Shown: piece after piece, positions 42,819-57,673 of the stretch
How the letters are laid out: each line of letters begins with the position of its first letter
Numbering within the stretch: the stretch's first letter is position 1
From: Piromyces finnis finn
Taxonomy: Eukaryota; Fungi; Neocallimastigomycota
Direction: 5' to 3'
Length of the DNA: 64,000 nt
Assembly: GCA_002104945.1 (NCBI GenBank)
Contig: MCFH01000006.1
Location: forward strand, 620,001-684,000
Made by a program: the position numbers and the translations under genes
The notes under the pieces: model-generated
Told to the model about the DNA's origin: nothing
Seen by the model: the letters and a program-made list of their open reading frames with translations, nothing else
Databases searched by the model: none

Positions 42819-43221
42819 GAGGTTATATTCAATAAAAAGATATTAAAATTAATTAATGATTTACATAAGAACATATATGTAATAATAAATTTAATATTAT
42901 AAGATTTATTATTAAAATGAATATAAATATTAGTTCATTGATCTATTGATATAATATTAAATTTACTAAAATTTTAAAATAATTATAAAGATTTTTAAAT
43001 ATTATCCTTATTTTTGTATAATATCATTATTTTTTTATTTAAGTCTTAGAGTAAGAATTTTTTTTTTTTTTTTTTAATTATCATTTTATGTAAAAAAATA
43101 TATATATAAATTATAAATTTACACTAAAAATAAAAAAGAAAAAGAAAATAATAAGGAAAAATAAATGGTTAAAATTGGTTCTTTTATCAACTTTTTTTTT
43201 ATTTTTATTTTTATTTATTAT

Positions 43222-43257
<36 letters not shown>

Positions 43258-44773
43258 TTTTAATAGTTTGTCATAGATGGTAAATAATATTATATAAATC
43301 GATCCTAACTATAAGAAAAAAATAAATTGAAAAATAAAATATAAAAAAAAAAAAAAAAAAAAAATTAAAGTAAAACAATATTAATCATTTTTTTTTCTTT
43401 CATTATATATTTTTATAATAGAAATATGGGTTTTTTCTGTGAAGTTTACATTCTTGTTCAAAATTCATTCACTGAAAATTAATAATAAATAGAATATTAT
43501 TTAATTTTTTTTTCTTTAAAATGAATTTTTTTAATATAATATTTTTTAAACTATTTTTTTTTCTTCTCTTTTATAATAAAAAGGTATTATTCAACGCACA
43601 TAACTATATATACATTGTCAAGATAATAGATGATTTTAATATATACAATCCATTTTTTATCTATCTTAATATCTTTCTTCTTTTTATATAAAGAAAATAA
43701 TAAATAAAAAATTTTAATTTTTTTCTCGTTTATGAAGTTATTATGTTTTAAAGTTCGAAAAAGTGATTAATTAATAAAAGTGAGATTGAAATAATATATA
43801 TATATATAAATATAAGAATAAACAATATGTAACTATGATAAATAAAAAAAGTGCTTGCTTTAATCATAATAGTAATGTTGTAATAACTTCAATAAAAATC
43901 TATTTATCATTGACCATGTATTTTAGAAATGTTGAAAAAAATGTTTATATTCTCTTGAAACACTTGTTCTTTCTGTGTTTGGTAATAATGTGAATTAGTT
44001 ACTAATTATATTTAAAATATTTCGTTCTTATTATTTTAGAAAAAAAAAATATTATACATTAGTAATAGTTTAAAAATATATATAAATATTATCACAGATA
44101 AAGGCCATATTTTTTGATTTCATTTTCTCTTTTTTAAAAATGATAAATTACACTTTTTACTATATATTTTTTTTTTTTTTCTTGTGTAATGAACTTTATT
44201 AATAGTATTATTCATTTCATCCTTCCTTATTTATCATTCTTTCCAATATTTTTTCTTTTTTTTTATCTTATTAAATTCTATTTTTTATTTATTCAATTGG
44301 AAATGTTTTTTTTTTTTTTTTCATTAAAATAATTAGCATCATCATCACTATTAAGACCCTTCTATATTTTTTGTTCAATAAAGACTTGCTTTAATAATGA
44401 TTTAATCCTAAAATAAGGAAAGAATTACTGAATAAAAGTTGAACAATAATTTTTTGGCATATTTGATCCATTTTTCTTATTCTATTTCATAAGAAATTTT
44501 TTTTAAAACTATATAAAATGACTGGAAATATTATAGGGATTTAATAATTCACATTATTATTACCAATTTGTTTATTCTGATAACGATAATGTAAATTATT
44601 TTATCTAAATGACAATATATTGTCAAATTCTAATAAGGAATACTTTTAGAATTTATAAAAAAAATTTCGAGAATCAATGCATTAAAGTTTAAAATCTGTT
44701 TTTATAAGAATAAATAAATGTGTTAATACAAATATAATATAAACCATTATTTTTAATACTTATTTTCAACTTA

Positions 44774-47368
44774 CTAATTTCCAACAGCAACTGGGAAATA
44801 ACTTTGCATTGGATTTATTGGATTATAATTAATGTTATTATTGATGTGTTGGTTTGAGTAATAATTATTGTAAAATCCATAATTATTGTTATTATAATAG
44901 TTTAAATTCATTTTATTAAAGGGTTGATTACCATTATTGTAATAACTTGAGGCATAATTATTTTGATAAACAAAATAATAGTTAGATGCCATAGCATAGG
45001 AAAGATTCATAAAATTCATTTGGTTTTGATTTGCTATTGGCATGGAATAGGTAAATGAATTGTAATTATTAAAGTAATTGTTATGGCTATTCATGGTAGT
45101 TGCATTATTATTATTATTATTGTAATGTGAATGCATAGTCTTATTAAAACTGTTCTTATGTTTAATCTTTAAACCTGGTGGAGTACGTAATGAATTATAA
45201 TTATTATTTTTAGCATGTACAGTATTCATATTATAAAAGGCTGGGTCTTCACAAGGCTTCATCTTTCCAGAAGATACAGCCTTGTTTCTTTCAATACTTT
45301 CAATTAATAACCTTAAAGAAGTGCTACCAGTACTCTTTACTCTTGTAGTAGCAATGTTTTCTGTCTTATTTTCCTTTTCTAATTTCTTACTAACTTCTTT
45401 CTTAAATAGTGCTCTTTTATGATAACTATGCATATCTTTCCATTCCTTACTACCATTATCATAATGAGAAGTTTCATCAGAGTAAAAAATTAGTTCTTCA
45501 TCAAACTTTTCAGAAGATCCTAATTCACTTGTGTAACTACTATTTGTGTTATTAATTTCGGTTGAGGAAAGATTTAAATGAGAATGAATATATCCATTTT
45601 TATGTGGGTAGTTAATATTCTTTGGAGAGGATGGTTCCATAAAGGACCATGGTGTATTTTTCTTGGCTTCTTCAAACATTGTTCTTTCTTCTTTTTCAGA
45701 AAGACTACTGGAATTATATTGCCTATCCATTCCATTTTTAATAAATGAAGTGTCTCCAATAACAGTTGGAGAAATAGAATTAGCAAATGAGGATGGATGA
45801 CAAAATGAAAAGTTTTGTCCATTTATTGGTGATGGTTCATATAAAGTAGAAACTGGTGAAATTTTTTCTAAAACATCCTTTGGTAATTCATTGTATTTTT
45901 CATCAACATCTGGGACATTATAGAAGTGAAGATAACTTCTACTTCTGGAACGATGTTGATTATTTTCTAATTTTTCTCTTCTCTCACCATAACTCCAGTT
46001 AGCTGATGGAGAAGATGAACAATATTTGTCAAAGTTTTGACTCAACATTGTCTTCTTTTCTTCAAAAACTGGCATCTTATCATCACTAATAGTGATAATT
46101 TCTTCTTCTGGTTCATCTTCATTATTTTCAATTTCTTCATTATCTTCATCATAGACTTCTTCGTATTCCTTTTCAAATTCTTCTCTAGATTTTTGATAAT
46201 ATTCATCATCATAGTAGACATCAATTTTGTTAAAAATTTCAACCATTTCTTCTAAAGTACAACGGTTGCATGGACAAAAAGCAAAAATTTTTTTAACAAG
46301 ATCATTGAATTCGAGTGAAAAACCAAACTTTTTTCTCAAAAAATCTGGATCATCATTGACGAAAATCATAAAACATTCATCATCAAGTGAGGCTGAAAAC
46401 CATGGGTTACGTCCAAATAATAAATTAATAAGAATGATACCCATAGCCCAAGCATCATTAGCTCTTGCAGAATAACCGATTTCTCTTGGCTTATACTTGT
46501 TAAATGGATCAGTGTTTTCATGATCTAAAAATGTGATTGTTTCTTCATCCATAAAATCTGAAGCAACAGCATCATTAATACATTCAGGTGGAATGTATCT
46601 TAAACTACCACAGCCAAAAGCTTCAGAGAAATCATTTTTGGTGCAGAGACCAAAATCAGTCAATTTAACATCATAATCGTTATTATTACCATAAAAACGA
46701 ATTAAAATATTTTCAGGCTTAAGATCACGATGGTAAATACCGTTTTTATGACAGTATAATAAAGCATCTGCTATCTTGTTGAAAATATAACGAACATCTT
46801 TTTCAGCTAAACCACCATAATTATTCTTTTCAATGCCACAATAATCTTGAGTAAGAATATCATATAAATCAATATCACATAAATCTAATACAAGGAATAA
46901 AAACTTTTTGTTATCAATAATATGATGAAGATTAAGAATATTTGGATGTGATCCTAAATCAATTAAAGTTTCAGCTTCAAGAAGTTGATTAGAAAGTTGG
47001 TCATCATTTAAATCTATCTTTGGGATACATTTGACTGCAAAACATTTACCATCTTCTCTCTTACCAATAAAAACAGCAGCAAAAGAACCATTACCAATTA
47101 AATCAACTAAAAGATAAGAGTGTCTTCTGTTACAGATATTACCAGATATGGTTGTACCGATCAAACTTCTTAATTGATACTTTTCAACAATTGTTTCATG
47201 CTCTTTTTCGTTATTTTCTTCATCTTCATTGGATTCACATGAAGTCATTGATTCTTTGATATTATTCATTTCTAAACTTTGATCTTTTTCATTCGAATAA
47301 TAATCAAAATCAGTACAATGATCTCCATTAAAGGAGTTCATTTTATAATCAAATTCTGGAACTATCAT
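44774..47368 (-). CDS. Ser/Thr protein kinase, Ran1/Pat1 (Ksp1/Sks1/Vhs1-like) family, with long disordered Asn/Tyr-rich C-terminus
   Basis: Intronless 864-aa ORF with LIGNGSFAAV, FAVKCI, HRDLKPEN, TDFG, CGSLRYIPPE and NDAWAMGIILINLLFGRNPW. The GRNPW tail and xPE motif are typical of this family. Confidence 0.85.
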   Translation of the reverse strand: MIVPEFDYKMNSFNGDHCTDFDYYSNEKDQSLEMNNIKESMTSCESNEDEENNEKEHETIVEKYQLRSLIGTTISGNICNRRHSYLLVDLIGNGSFAAVFIGKREDGKCFAVKCIPKIDLNDDQLSNQLLEAETLIDLGSHPNILNLHHIIDNKKFLFLVLDLCDIDLYDILTQDYCGIEKNNYGGLAEKDVRYIFNKIADALLYCHKNGIYHRDLKPENILIRFYGNNNDYDVKLTDFGLCTKNDFSEAFGCGSLRYIPPECINDAVASDFMDEETITFLDHENTDPFNKYKPREIGYSARANDAWAMGIILINLLFGRNPWFSASLDDECFMIFVNDDPDFLRKKFGFSLEFNDLVKKIFAFCPCNRCTLEEMVEIFNKIDVYYDDEYYQKSREEFEKEYEEVYDEDNEEIENNEDEPEEEIITISDDKMPVFEEKKTMLSQNFDKYCSSSPSANWSYGERREKLENNQHRSRSRSYLHFYNVPDVDEKYNELPKDVLEKISPVSTLYEPSPINGQNFSFCHPSSFANSISPTVIGDTSFIKNGMDRQYNSSSLSEKEERTMFEEAKKNTPWSFMEPSSPKNINYPHKNGYIHSHLNLSSTEINNTNSSYTSELGSSEKFDEELIFYSDETSHYDNGSKEWKDMHSYHKRALFKKEVSKKLEKENKTENIATTRVKSTGSTSLRLLIESIERNKAVSSGKMKPCEDPAFYNMNTVHAKNNNYNSLRTPPGLKIKHKNSFNKTMHSHYNNNNNNATTMNSHNNYFNNYNSFTYSMPIANQNQMNFMNLSYAMASNYYFVYQNNYASSYYNNGNQPFNKMNLNYYNNNNYGFYNNYYSNQHINNNINYNPINPMQSYFPVAVGN

Positions 47369-50300
47369 TTTAAACTTAAAAAAAAAATAATAATAAAAAT
47401 AATTTCTTTCGTTATTTCTTTCTTTTTTTTGTAATTGATTTTGATTTTTTTTTTCGTATGTGATTGAATGCTTTTTTTTTTTATAAAAAAATAACTTTTT
47501 AATTATTTTATTTTATAGTTTTGATTTTTTTAATGTTTTTTTTTTTTTTTTTTTTTTTTTTGGCTTTTCTGTTAAATTTTGTTGTTATTAAAATTTAATA
47601 TATTCTTTAGGAATTTATTGTTAAATAAAATAAAAATTATAAAATAATAAAAGTATTCACTGACAATATTTCAGCTTTATGCTTCAATTAAATTTTATAA
47701 TTTTTTAAAATATAAAAAATAAATGCTAAATATTTAAAAGAAAATTGAATTGATTTTGGAATAAAAAAATTTTTTTGTATGTTTTTTATATTTTTTTTTT
47801 TTTTTTTGAGTTTTTGTATTTTTTTTTTGCTTTTGACTAATATTACAAAGTATTTTTTATGTTTTATGATAATAATTTTAAAAAATATCTTTAATAATAT
47901 TAATTTTTTATTTGCGAGTAATTAATTAACTGTAATATATTATTTAAATAATAATAAAAAAGAAGCAAAATAAAAAATATAATTTATATTTTCTATTTTT
48001 TAAGATTATAATAGATTTTGATAAGTCTTCTCTTTTTATATTTCTTTAAAAAATATATTTATGATAAACAAATAAATTCTTTTTTGTGTGCTATATATAT
48101 GTAAAAAAAAAAGGTTGATTGCTTTCTTTATACAATGAATATTTTTCAAAAGAATTACTTTAAAAATATCTAATTGATAATCAATTATTATCTTGAATAT
48201 TTTTAGAAAAATAAATTTACTTCTTTTGTAAAATTTATTATTATATAAACTGAAATTTTTGTTGGGTTTATATTTTATTGTCAAATAAAATAAATTGTTG
48301 AATGGATTTTACTATATCTTTAATAGAATAAAATTTATAATATAGTATTGATTTCTTTTAAATTTCTTTTTGAATTTTTTTTCTTTCAAATATTTGAAAA
48401 AAAAGTAATAATACTATGTATTGAGTGAAATAATAAATAAATTGAATGCTATACTTTGCAATCTTTTGGATATTCCATTATTTCTTATTATTATCAATTT
48501 TTCAAAAAATGAATAATTTAAATTATTTTATTACTTTAATAATAATTCTTTCTTTTTTCTAGTTACTATGTATTAATTATAAAAAATAAAAAAACAATTT
48601 TAAAAAATAAATATTATCTATTTTTTAAAATACATTTATTAAAGGGTCAAATATATTACTTTTTTAATAAATAAATAAATTTTATGCCTTGTCTTTTAAT
48701 TTATAGAAAATTTATAAAAAAATAAATATCTAACTAATTTCTTTTAGTATTTAACATTATTAAATTTTGAATCTTATGTTGTTTTTTGGATGAAGTATTA
48801 CTTTAATCTTTTACCAATTAATATTTAGAGTAATAAAAAAACATTTAAGCTAAAAACTTTTTATTTTTTACTATTAAAATATTAAATAAAAGGTTGTCGT
48901 TTGTAATAAAAATATTAAAAATAAAAATGAAAAGAAATAACTATTTATAAAAGTTAAAACAATTTAAATTACCTTTATGTATATTATTGGGGGTTTAGTA
49001 ATATAAATTAATATAGCTAAATTTTAAATGAGTTTTTCTTTTTAATTGAAGGTTTTTACACTACTATATAATATTTATACTACTTTCAAATGAATGAAAT
49101 TTAAAATTTAAATTTATGTATGTGGAAATCTTGTTGATATGTATAATGAAATGCTATTATCTTTTAAAATATAAAGCTTATAAGTATTTTGGTTTATTTG
49201 AATATATATTTCTATACAATTATTATTATAGATTTATGATTTATATAATATTTAATATTAACAAAAATATATTACCTTTATTAATTTTTATTTTTAATAA
49301 TTTAATTTTTAATTTATTTTAAATTTATTGTTTATTAAATTTTATTTGTTTATTTAAATTTATTATTTTTATAGTTTTATTCTCTTTAGTTTTACTTTTT
49401 TTTATAAAAAAAAGTTTATATGTTTATTGTGTTGTATATTTTTAAAACAATTAGTTAAATTGAATTACTTTTTACTATTTGAAATTCATTTTAATTATTT
49501 GATTTGTTGCTTTAATAATTTACTTTAATTCCTAATAAATAATCTATTTCGAAAAATTTATATTTAATAAAATTGTATTATATTAATACTATTTTTATTA
49601 TCGTCTCATTTTATTTAAAATATCTCTATAGTGCTAAAATTTAATTTGGCACACTTTTATTTTTCTTTATCAAAATTTTTTCATTTTGTTTAGATTACAA
49701 AAATTGTGTATTATTTATTTCTATTGTAATATTTAACGGAACTTTAATATATATTCTTATTTGGATACTTTGATTTTTAAATTTTAAGGGATTAAGTTGA
49801 ATAATCAATATAAATATTGAAATATGAGGGAAAAGTTGTTATTTTTTTTATTTATTGAAATAAAAAAAGGTGGTAAATAAATGTTTAAATTATTAATAAT
49901 AGCTGTTAAACTATTAAGAAAGGGTGTTATAAGGGGTTTTTTTTTATTGAACTATTTTTTTTATGAAAAAAACAATAAAAGAGGACTATTATAAATAGTA
50001 TTGAATGGACAAAAAACAATATTATTAATTTTTTAATATAATAAATAATTAGTATATTTATATAATGTATTTATATTTTAGTATATATATTTTAATTACC
50101 ATAAATATGTCTCTTTTTATTTAAAAAAAAAATGATTTTTTGATTTAAATTAAAATAAAAAAGAACTTTTTATTTTAATTTTATTTTTCCTTTTTCTTTT
50201 ATTTTTTTAGTAAAGAACTTTTTTTATAGTTATTCACTATTTAATAAACCTTTTATTTTAAAAATTTATTAAAAGTAGTTTTCTCTTTTTTAAAAGGACT

Positions 50301-52000
50301 ATTTTTTAATAGGTATTGTTCTTAACTATATATCTTCCTATAGTATCATTAAAATTAAAATAATTATATTTACTAATAAAATACAATAATTTTTTATTTC
50401 ATCCTATAATTTATAAAAAATTAAAAAAAAAAAAAAAATAGAAATATAAAGGGAAAATCTTATATATATATCAAAAAAGTTTTTAATTAAATTTTTAAAG
50501 CAAAATAGATACATCAATAATAATAAATAAGAATTAATATATTTATATTAATATGGAATAATATTAATTATTAGTTAATGGAAATATTATATTTATTGAA
50601 TATACTATATAATATAGTTAATATATTGATATTTTATATTATTTTTTATGGAATTAAATAATATGAATAATTCAAATAAAATTCATCATTTTAATAAAGG
50701 TTATCGATAGAGCAAAATAAATTAATATATATACTATATATTATAATATATTTTCAAATATATATTTTAACTTATTACATCATAAGTATTGTTGCTTTTT
50801 TTCTTATATATTCATAGTTATAATATAATAATCTAAATTAATATATTATAGTCTATTTAAATAAGCATATTTCATAACATATTATAATATAAAATTTATT
50901 ACTTGTATATATTATAATAATAGTAAATATAAAAATTAAATTGAATAGTTTTATATTATCTATTTTTAATTTATTTTAGTATTTTTCCATATAAAACCAA
51001 TGCTAATATAATATACATTCAATATGTATTTAATATATATAAATATAATTTATTCATAAATTTAATAATATATTAAACTATTTAGATTCAATATATTTAT
51101 AATATATGATTGCTAATCCTCATTTTTTAGACTATTCAATGATTTGTAAAGTTAAATCATTTGATATACATCTACTACTAAAGTTTAAATAAACTTTTCT
51201 TTTCTATTAAATTTAATTCAATAGTAATTACATATTGCAATATATTCTAATAAATAAACATTCATAAAAATTAAATGAAAATAAAATAAATAATAAAAAT
51301 AAAAATTATAAAAAAGCAGACCGCTATCAAAAAAAAAAGAATTACAATTAAAGTTTGATAAGCAAAAAGTCATAGGAATATTGTTGAATGACAGGCTGAG
51401 TTTAATTTTTTTCCCAGAAATAAGTGGTTGATGATAGAATTTTCAATTGCTGGATCTTAAAATTATTATTATTATTATTATTGTTATTATTATTATTATT
51501 CTTATTATTATTATTATTCTTATTATTTATTTATTTATTTTTGTTGTTATATGTAATTATTATTTCATAGTAAAATAATTCAATAGTGTATATCATCATT
51601 AATTTAAACAACTATATAAAAATAAAAAATGATTATTCAGTGAAAGTATGATGCCTTCCCACCTTTACTAATATTTAAAAGGTAGAGAAAAATGACAATA
51701 TATAACATTATTTTTAAATTTAACTATTTCTTTCTCTTTCCTCTTTTCTGAGATTTTTGTTTTATTATAAATTAATATCAAATATATTGGAACAATATAT
51801 TATTTATATTATAATAATATATTTCAGTCAATTGAGCCAAATACTTTTTTTTGGTTTTTAAATTTATTATAATTTAAAGTTTATTATTACATTTCTGTAG
51901 AATAGAATGTTGAAATGTAATAATAAAACATTAAATAATAAGTAATTTAAAATAAGACCTTTATTTTATCATTATATATTAATATTATACAAAAACATTT

Positions 52001-52031
<31 letters not shown>

Positions 52032-55000
52032 GAAACAAAGATTAATTTATAATGATAGTAGATAGAAAAAAAATTTTTTTTCTTATTCTCAAATTTGTTA
52101 TTATTGATTTTTACTATTATTAACACTTGCTTACACGCCAATATAATAAATATTATAAATATTGTCAATACATAAAAATGTGTTAAAGTAACCATAACTA
52201 TAAAATAATACAATTAAAAAAAAATAAATAACTAACCTATTTTATCAATAAAAATTATACTTTTTTTTTTGGTGTTGTCCCATTTTTTTATGTATTTCTT
52301 TTTAATTAATTTTTATATTTATTTATTATTATTTGTTATATATGATAAGTAATTAATTTTTTTTAAAAAAGCCAAATATTTATAATATATTTAAGTAAAA
52401 AAAAAACTTTATTCTCTTTACTTTTTCTTTTTTTTTTTTTTTATAAAAACTATTGAAAATAAAATATGAATATATAATAATAAAAAAAAGTTTTTATTTT
52501 CATTATAAATAAAATTAGAAATATAAAAATATATTTATATTAATGGCTGAATTAATTATGAAAAAAAAAAGTTTTTCTTTTATTCAAATGTACTGTCAGT
52601 AATGGGTGACAAAAGTATTTTTAGAATAATCACTTGTTTTTTTACAATTTAATTATTTCCTTTTTTCATTTTTTTAAAAATGTTCATGTGATTATATCAC
52701 ATGTTACATCACAAATTACAACCATGATGATATAAAATCTCCTAAATAAATTGTTAAGAATCCTATACTAATTTAATTGGTTAATCTATAAAATTTTCTT
52801 TGAACAAAGCACCAAATCAATAATGATATCTTGATTTATAATCAAAAAAAGGAACAATTATTTAATTTCTAATTTTAGTATGTCTTCAGCTTTTATATAT
52901 AATTTTATAAAATATTAAAAGTATTTTTCTATTAATAAATAAATAAAAGGATAAGTTTTTTCCTCAAAAAAAAAAAAAAAAAAAAATGTTTAAAATAAAA
53001 GATAAATAGTAAGATAAAATATAGTTGTCAATGACAACTTATTAAAATTTCATTTCCTAATAGAAAGAAAATTAAAAGTTTATTATTATTATTTTTTTTT
53101 TTCGTTGGATTTAGTATTTTCTTTTATTTTTTTTTAACTTACCTTTTATATATAAATGATTTTAGAACTATGTAAAGTTGGGTTACAAAGTTGAAAATCT
53201 TTTGTTTTAAATATTTTAAATTTTACACTACTATCCTTATCTTCTATACATTAGCAATGAAAAACATTATTGAATTTATAAGTTTATATATGCTTATGAT
53301 TTATCAATAATGAAAATCATATCGACTTTAAAATATTATATAAAATTATTATTGAAAAAAACATCAAACAATAATAATTTTTCAATAATATCATTGATCT
53401 TTTATTATATAAATGGAAATAATTCTGTTAATTAAAAATATAGTTTACAAATTTAATTACCTTTAACAATAGTCAATTTTCTTTTCATTATACTAAGTAA
53501 TAAATAAAATGTTATAATAAAAGTTGATGGATTTTATTAATCATTTTTATATATCTTATTTAAATATTTACAAAATTAAAACTATTATAAAAGATAATTT
53601 TTATATTATAAAATAATTTTAATTTTATAAAGGAACTATAAAATAATTATCAATTTACTTCATTAATATATAATAAAATAATATATTATCGTTTTATCAT
53701 AATACTTTTTATATAATATTTTGTTTTAAAATAATTATTGTTTATAAAAATTAGTAACGACATCAAATATTTATAAATGTATCTTTATTTTCTTATTTAA
53801 ATTATTAAAATCATTATTTCATTATTAATTATAAAAATCTTTTATTATATGTATATATTATAAAACATTACATATAAAATTAATATTTTTTAAATATATA
53901 CAATGTTACTTTTATTACTTTAAAGAGTAGAATGTAGAATAGTATAAAAATAAACTATTCTATTATAATAGAACATGTAATTATTATAATTAATCGTTTT
54001 ATATAAATAATATATAAAAAAATTTTTTCTATAGTTAATTTTCATCTACCAATCTATTACTTATTAATTACCTATTATATTAAAAAAAAAAAAAAAGAAA
54101 AACTGAATGATAAGTTTTTATTATGGTAATTAACACCCTAAATATTATAAAACAATTTAACAAACTAAATTTTATTAAATTGTTATTTATCATGATAGTA
54201 ATAAATATTTTGTGGCTTGATTATATATTATTAATTCTACTAATAATTAACATTATTTTTTTTCATTCCCTTTGGTATTTCTTTTCTATAGTCTTTGAAT
54301 ATTCTTTAATTTATTCCTTTACATATATAAAATTTTTAATGAGAAATTAAATTTATTAATTTTAAATATTAAAACCATTAAATATTATTTGATAAGAGGT
54401 ACTTTATACCATGCTCTGAGAAAGTCAGGTTTCTTCTTATTCTTCCTTACATGAATTAATATAATATTTATTTTTTTTAAATAGTTATAGCTATAAACAC
54501 ATTTTCTATTCATTAGAGAATAAATGGTCTTTATTATCATTCAATACTACAACAATATCTATTTCATTATTAAAAAAAGTAAATATTAATTTATAATTAT
54601 TTCAATTAGTCAAATCATCGATGTTTTTCTAATCAACTTGTGTTTTTAATATATATATATATATATTATTTAAAATAAAAAATTTAGCAGAGAGAAACAA
54701 TAAATAATAAATAGTATAATTATTTTTAAATATTAATAACCTTTTATATAATATATAGATAGTCTACCTAACAGAACAACTATTATTAGTATATTATAAC
54801 TAATTACACTTACCTCAGATACTTAAGTATGATTTTAAAATAAACCAAATATTATTATCAATGATTACCTTTTAGATTTATTCAAATTTTAGCTACATCC
54901 ATAAATCTTCCAGTAATTTTTTGTTTCACTTTTGAAAAAAATATTTATATTGATAAAAATTTATATTAATATTTTACTTTTTGTTAACTTTTAAAGTACT

Positions 55001-57673
55001 TTTTTATATACAAAGAATATTTTATTTAATATATTATGTGGCTCGACTTTTTACAAATAAATATAATACAAATATTGTTTTTTTATTATTAAATAAAATT
55101 TAGTATATTAATTTAAATTTAATTTATTTTCTTTGGTTGTTTTAATAATATTTCTATGTAATGTCCTATTAAAATTCTGTCATAATTTTCTTTATTTTCC
55201 TAATTTAGAGTTGTGTTACATTAGTACCATAGTGGTGTAAGGTAGTAAAAATTTCAATTTTATCATGTCATGACATTAATGTATTTAATACTATTCAATT
55301 ATTGGTTATAATTCAATTTCAAGATATTATGTAATTATGACTGAAATTTTGAAGAATAAAATTTCATATTTTTTTTTCCCTTTCTATTCAATAAAAAAAT
55401 TAAAGTTTTTTTAATGAAAGTAAAATTTTTTGTTATTTAATAACTATTAACAAATCATTAATTAGTTATTTTTTTTCATAAGAGAATAGCAACACTTTTA
55501 AATGTGCTCAAAATGTATCATACAACAAAGATGATTGGTTTTGTTTAGTCATAAATTAAAAAAAAAAATATTCTTTGTATCACCATAAAATTTTTTTTTT
55601 CCATCATAATGGTAAATAAATTTTAATTTTTTGTATAAAAAGTATATTCTATTCTTCTTTACAAGTCATCTTAGGTAGAACATCATTTAATATAATTAAA
55701 TATCATATCAATTATACAAATGGTAATAAAACCAATTTAAATTAAATAGTTTTTTTTTTTAATCATGAATTTTAAATAAAAGTAAAATAGAATTTTAGTC
55801 ATTGGCAGTTATTCCCTAATATTTTTTATATTTTTTGAAATCATAAAAAGTAGGAATAGAAATAATACTGGATGCTACTATTAAAACTCCCACTTTTTTA
55901 ATTATTATTTCGTCAAAGATCATTTCTATGACAATATTTAATATTATCAATAGAAAATAAAAATTAATCACAAAATAATTAAAATTATGAATTTAGAAAA
56001 TTTTTTAATTTATATTTTAATTATTAAATTAATAAATATATATAACGAATAGAATAATAATATATGATAAAAGAATAATAGTATAAAACAAATTAAATTA
56101 AAATTAAAATTATTAATATTTTAAATCATCGTAAAAAAAAAAGAAATGGAAAATTGAAACAAAAGAAATAATAAAAAAATATTTTTTATTGCTATTTAAT
56201 ATATTTATAATAAATTCATAATATATTTATTTTAAATCAATAATATTGAAATCAATAGTATTGAATATTGTATAATCAATATATAAATTTTATATTGAAT
56301 AAAAAACAAAAATTTTATTTAAATATTAAATAAGGCATTTGTTTAATTTTATTAATTAATTTATTTATTTTATATTTATTTGTTTATTAATAAACTTTAT
56401 TTATAATTAAAGATTTTATGAAAAGGATAAACTTTTATAAACTTCATGGATCCTGCTGCTGCTGCTGCTTCTGCTACTGAAAATTTCACCCATAATAATA
56501 ACAACAATTATTTTTAATAAAATAAAATTAATAAAAAATTTTCTTTTCTTTTTTTTTTTTTAAACAATTTCATTCTTTATTATTATTTTATTTTTTTTTT
56601 TTTTTACAAAGTCATATTTATATATTTATTTATTTTTTTATTTTTAACTATTAATGTTAAATAATAATTTAAAATAATAATAATAATAATAATAATAAAT
56701 AATTATTTTATTTATTATTTTACATTAATATATTCCTTCATAATTATTTAAATTGTTATTTTATTTAAAGATATAATAATTATAATTATTAAATCTTAAA
56801 TTGAATAATAGATATTCATAATAAATAATATACATTTGAATACTTTTACTTCTTAATAATTTTGAGAAAAAAAAAAGTATTTGTTATATATGTATATAAG
56901 CGTTTAAATTCTTTTTTAATATATATTTATTTTGAAATAGTATATATATAAATAAAAAAGAAGTAAACGTTATAATATTATATGTAAAGTCATTGTTACC
57001 CTGTAATTCAAAAAAGTTATTAAATTTGAAAAAGTCAAATACAAATAACAATACTTATATTTTATTCAAAAAATAATAAACAAAATTAAAAAATAAAGAA
57101 AAAAAAATTGCTAAACCAATTAAAAAGTATAGAAAGAAGAAAAAGTAAAAACGTCCAAAAAAAAAAAAACTTGATTGTGTATGATATTTTTTTTTTTTTC
57201 CATATTTATTTTCAATATATAAAAATCAAACACCTTGAGGATATATAAATAAAATATTGAAAAAAAAATTGTAATATAAAAAACAACTAATACCTACAAA
57301 TTAAAGTTTTTTTTCTTATATTTCCATTTTTAAAGAAAGAAAACAATTGTAATAATAATTATTTAAAACGAGTAGTATTTAATAACTATTACCTTTAAAT
57401 AAGCATACAATACAATACAAATCAATAAAAACAAAACATTTTATTATTAGATTTTAGTAATATATATAATATATATATTTTTTTTGAAAGAAAAAGAAAA
57501 AAAATAAAGGTAAGTCTTCATATTTTTAAAGTATAAAATATCAAAAAAAAAAAAAATAATATTAAGTAATACTATTTTTTTTAAAAAAAATTTAATAATA
57601 AAATAATTTTATTTAAAAGAATATATAAGCTTTTACATTAAAAAAAATAATAAATATATAATAAAGAAAGAAA

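Noticed and set aside
51316-51460. GC-enriched patch with short hairpins and a TGATGA
   Set aside because: Stems are short and AT-rich, C/D boxes are not in a valid arrangement, and no snRNA match was found.
52684-52702. Short palindromes CATGTGAT-TAT-ATCACATG (also ATGTCATGACAT near 55265 and TTTCATGATCATGAAA near 62535)
   Set aside because: Could be transcription-factor sites, but such palindromes are expected by chance in 64 kb of AT-rich DNA and have no supporting context.
48036-54350. Short F/I/L/K/Y-rich ORFs (48036, 49116, 51947, 54123; also 18888, 33900 tail, 60773)
   Set aside because: Amino-acid composition mirrors AT-rich non-coding DNA, with no domains or splice-consistent structure.
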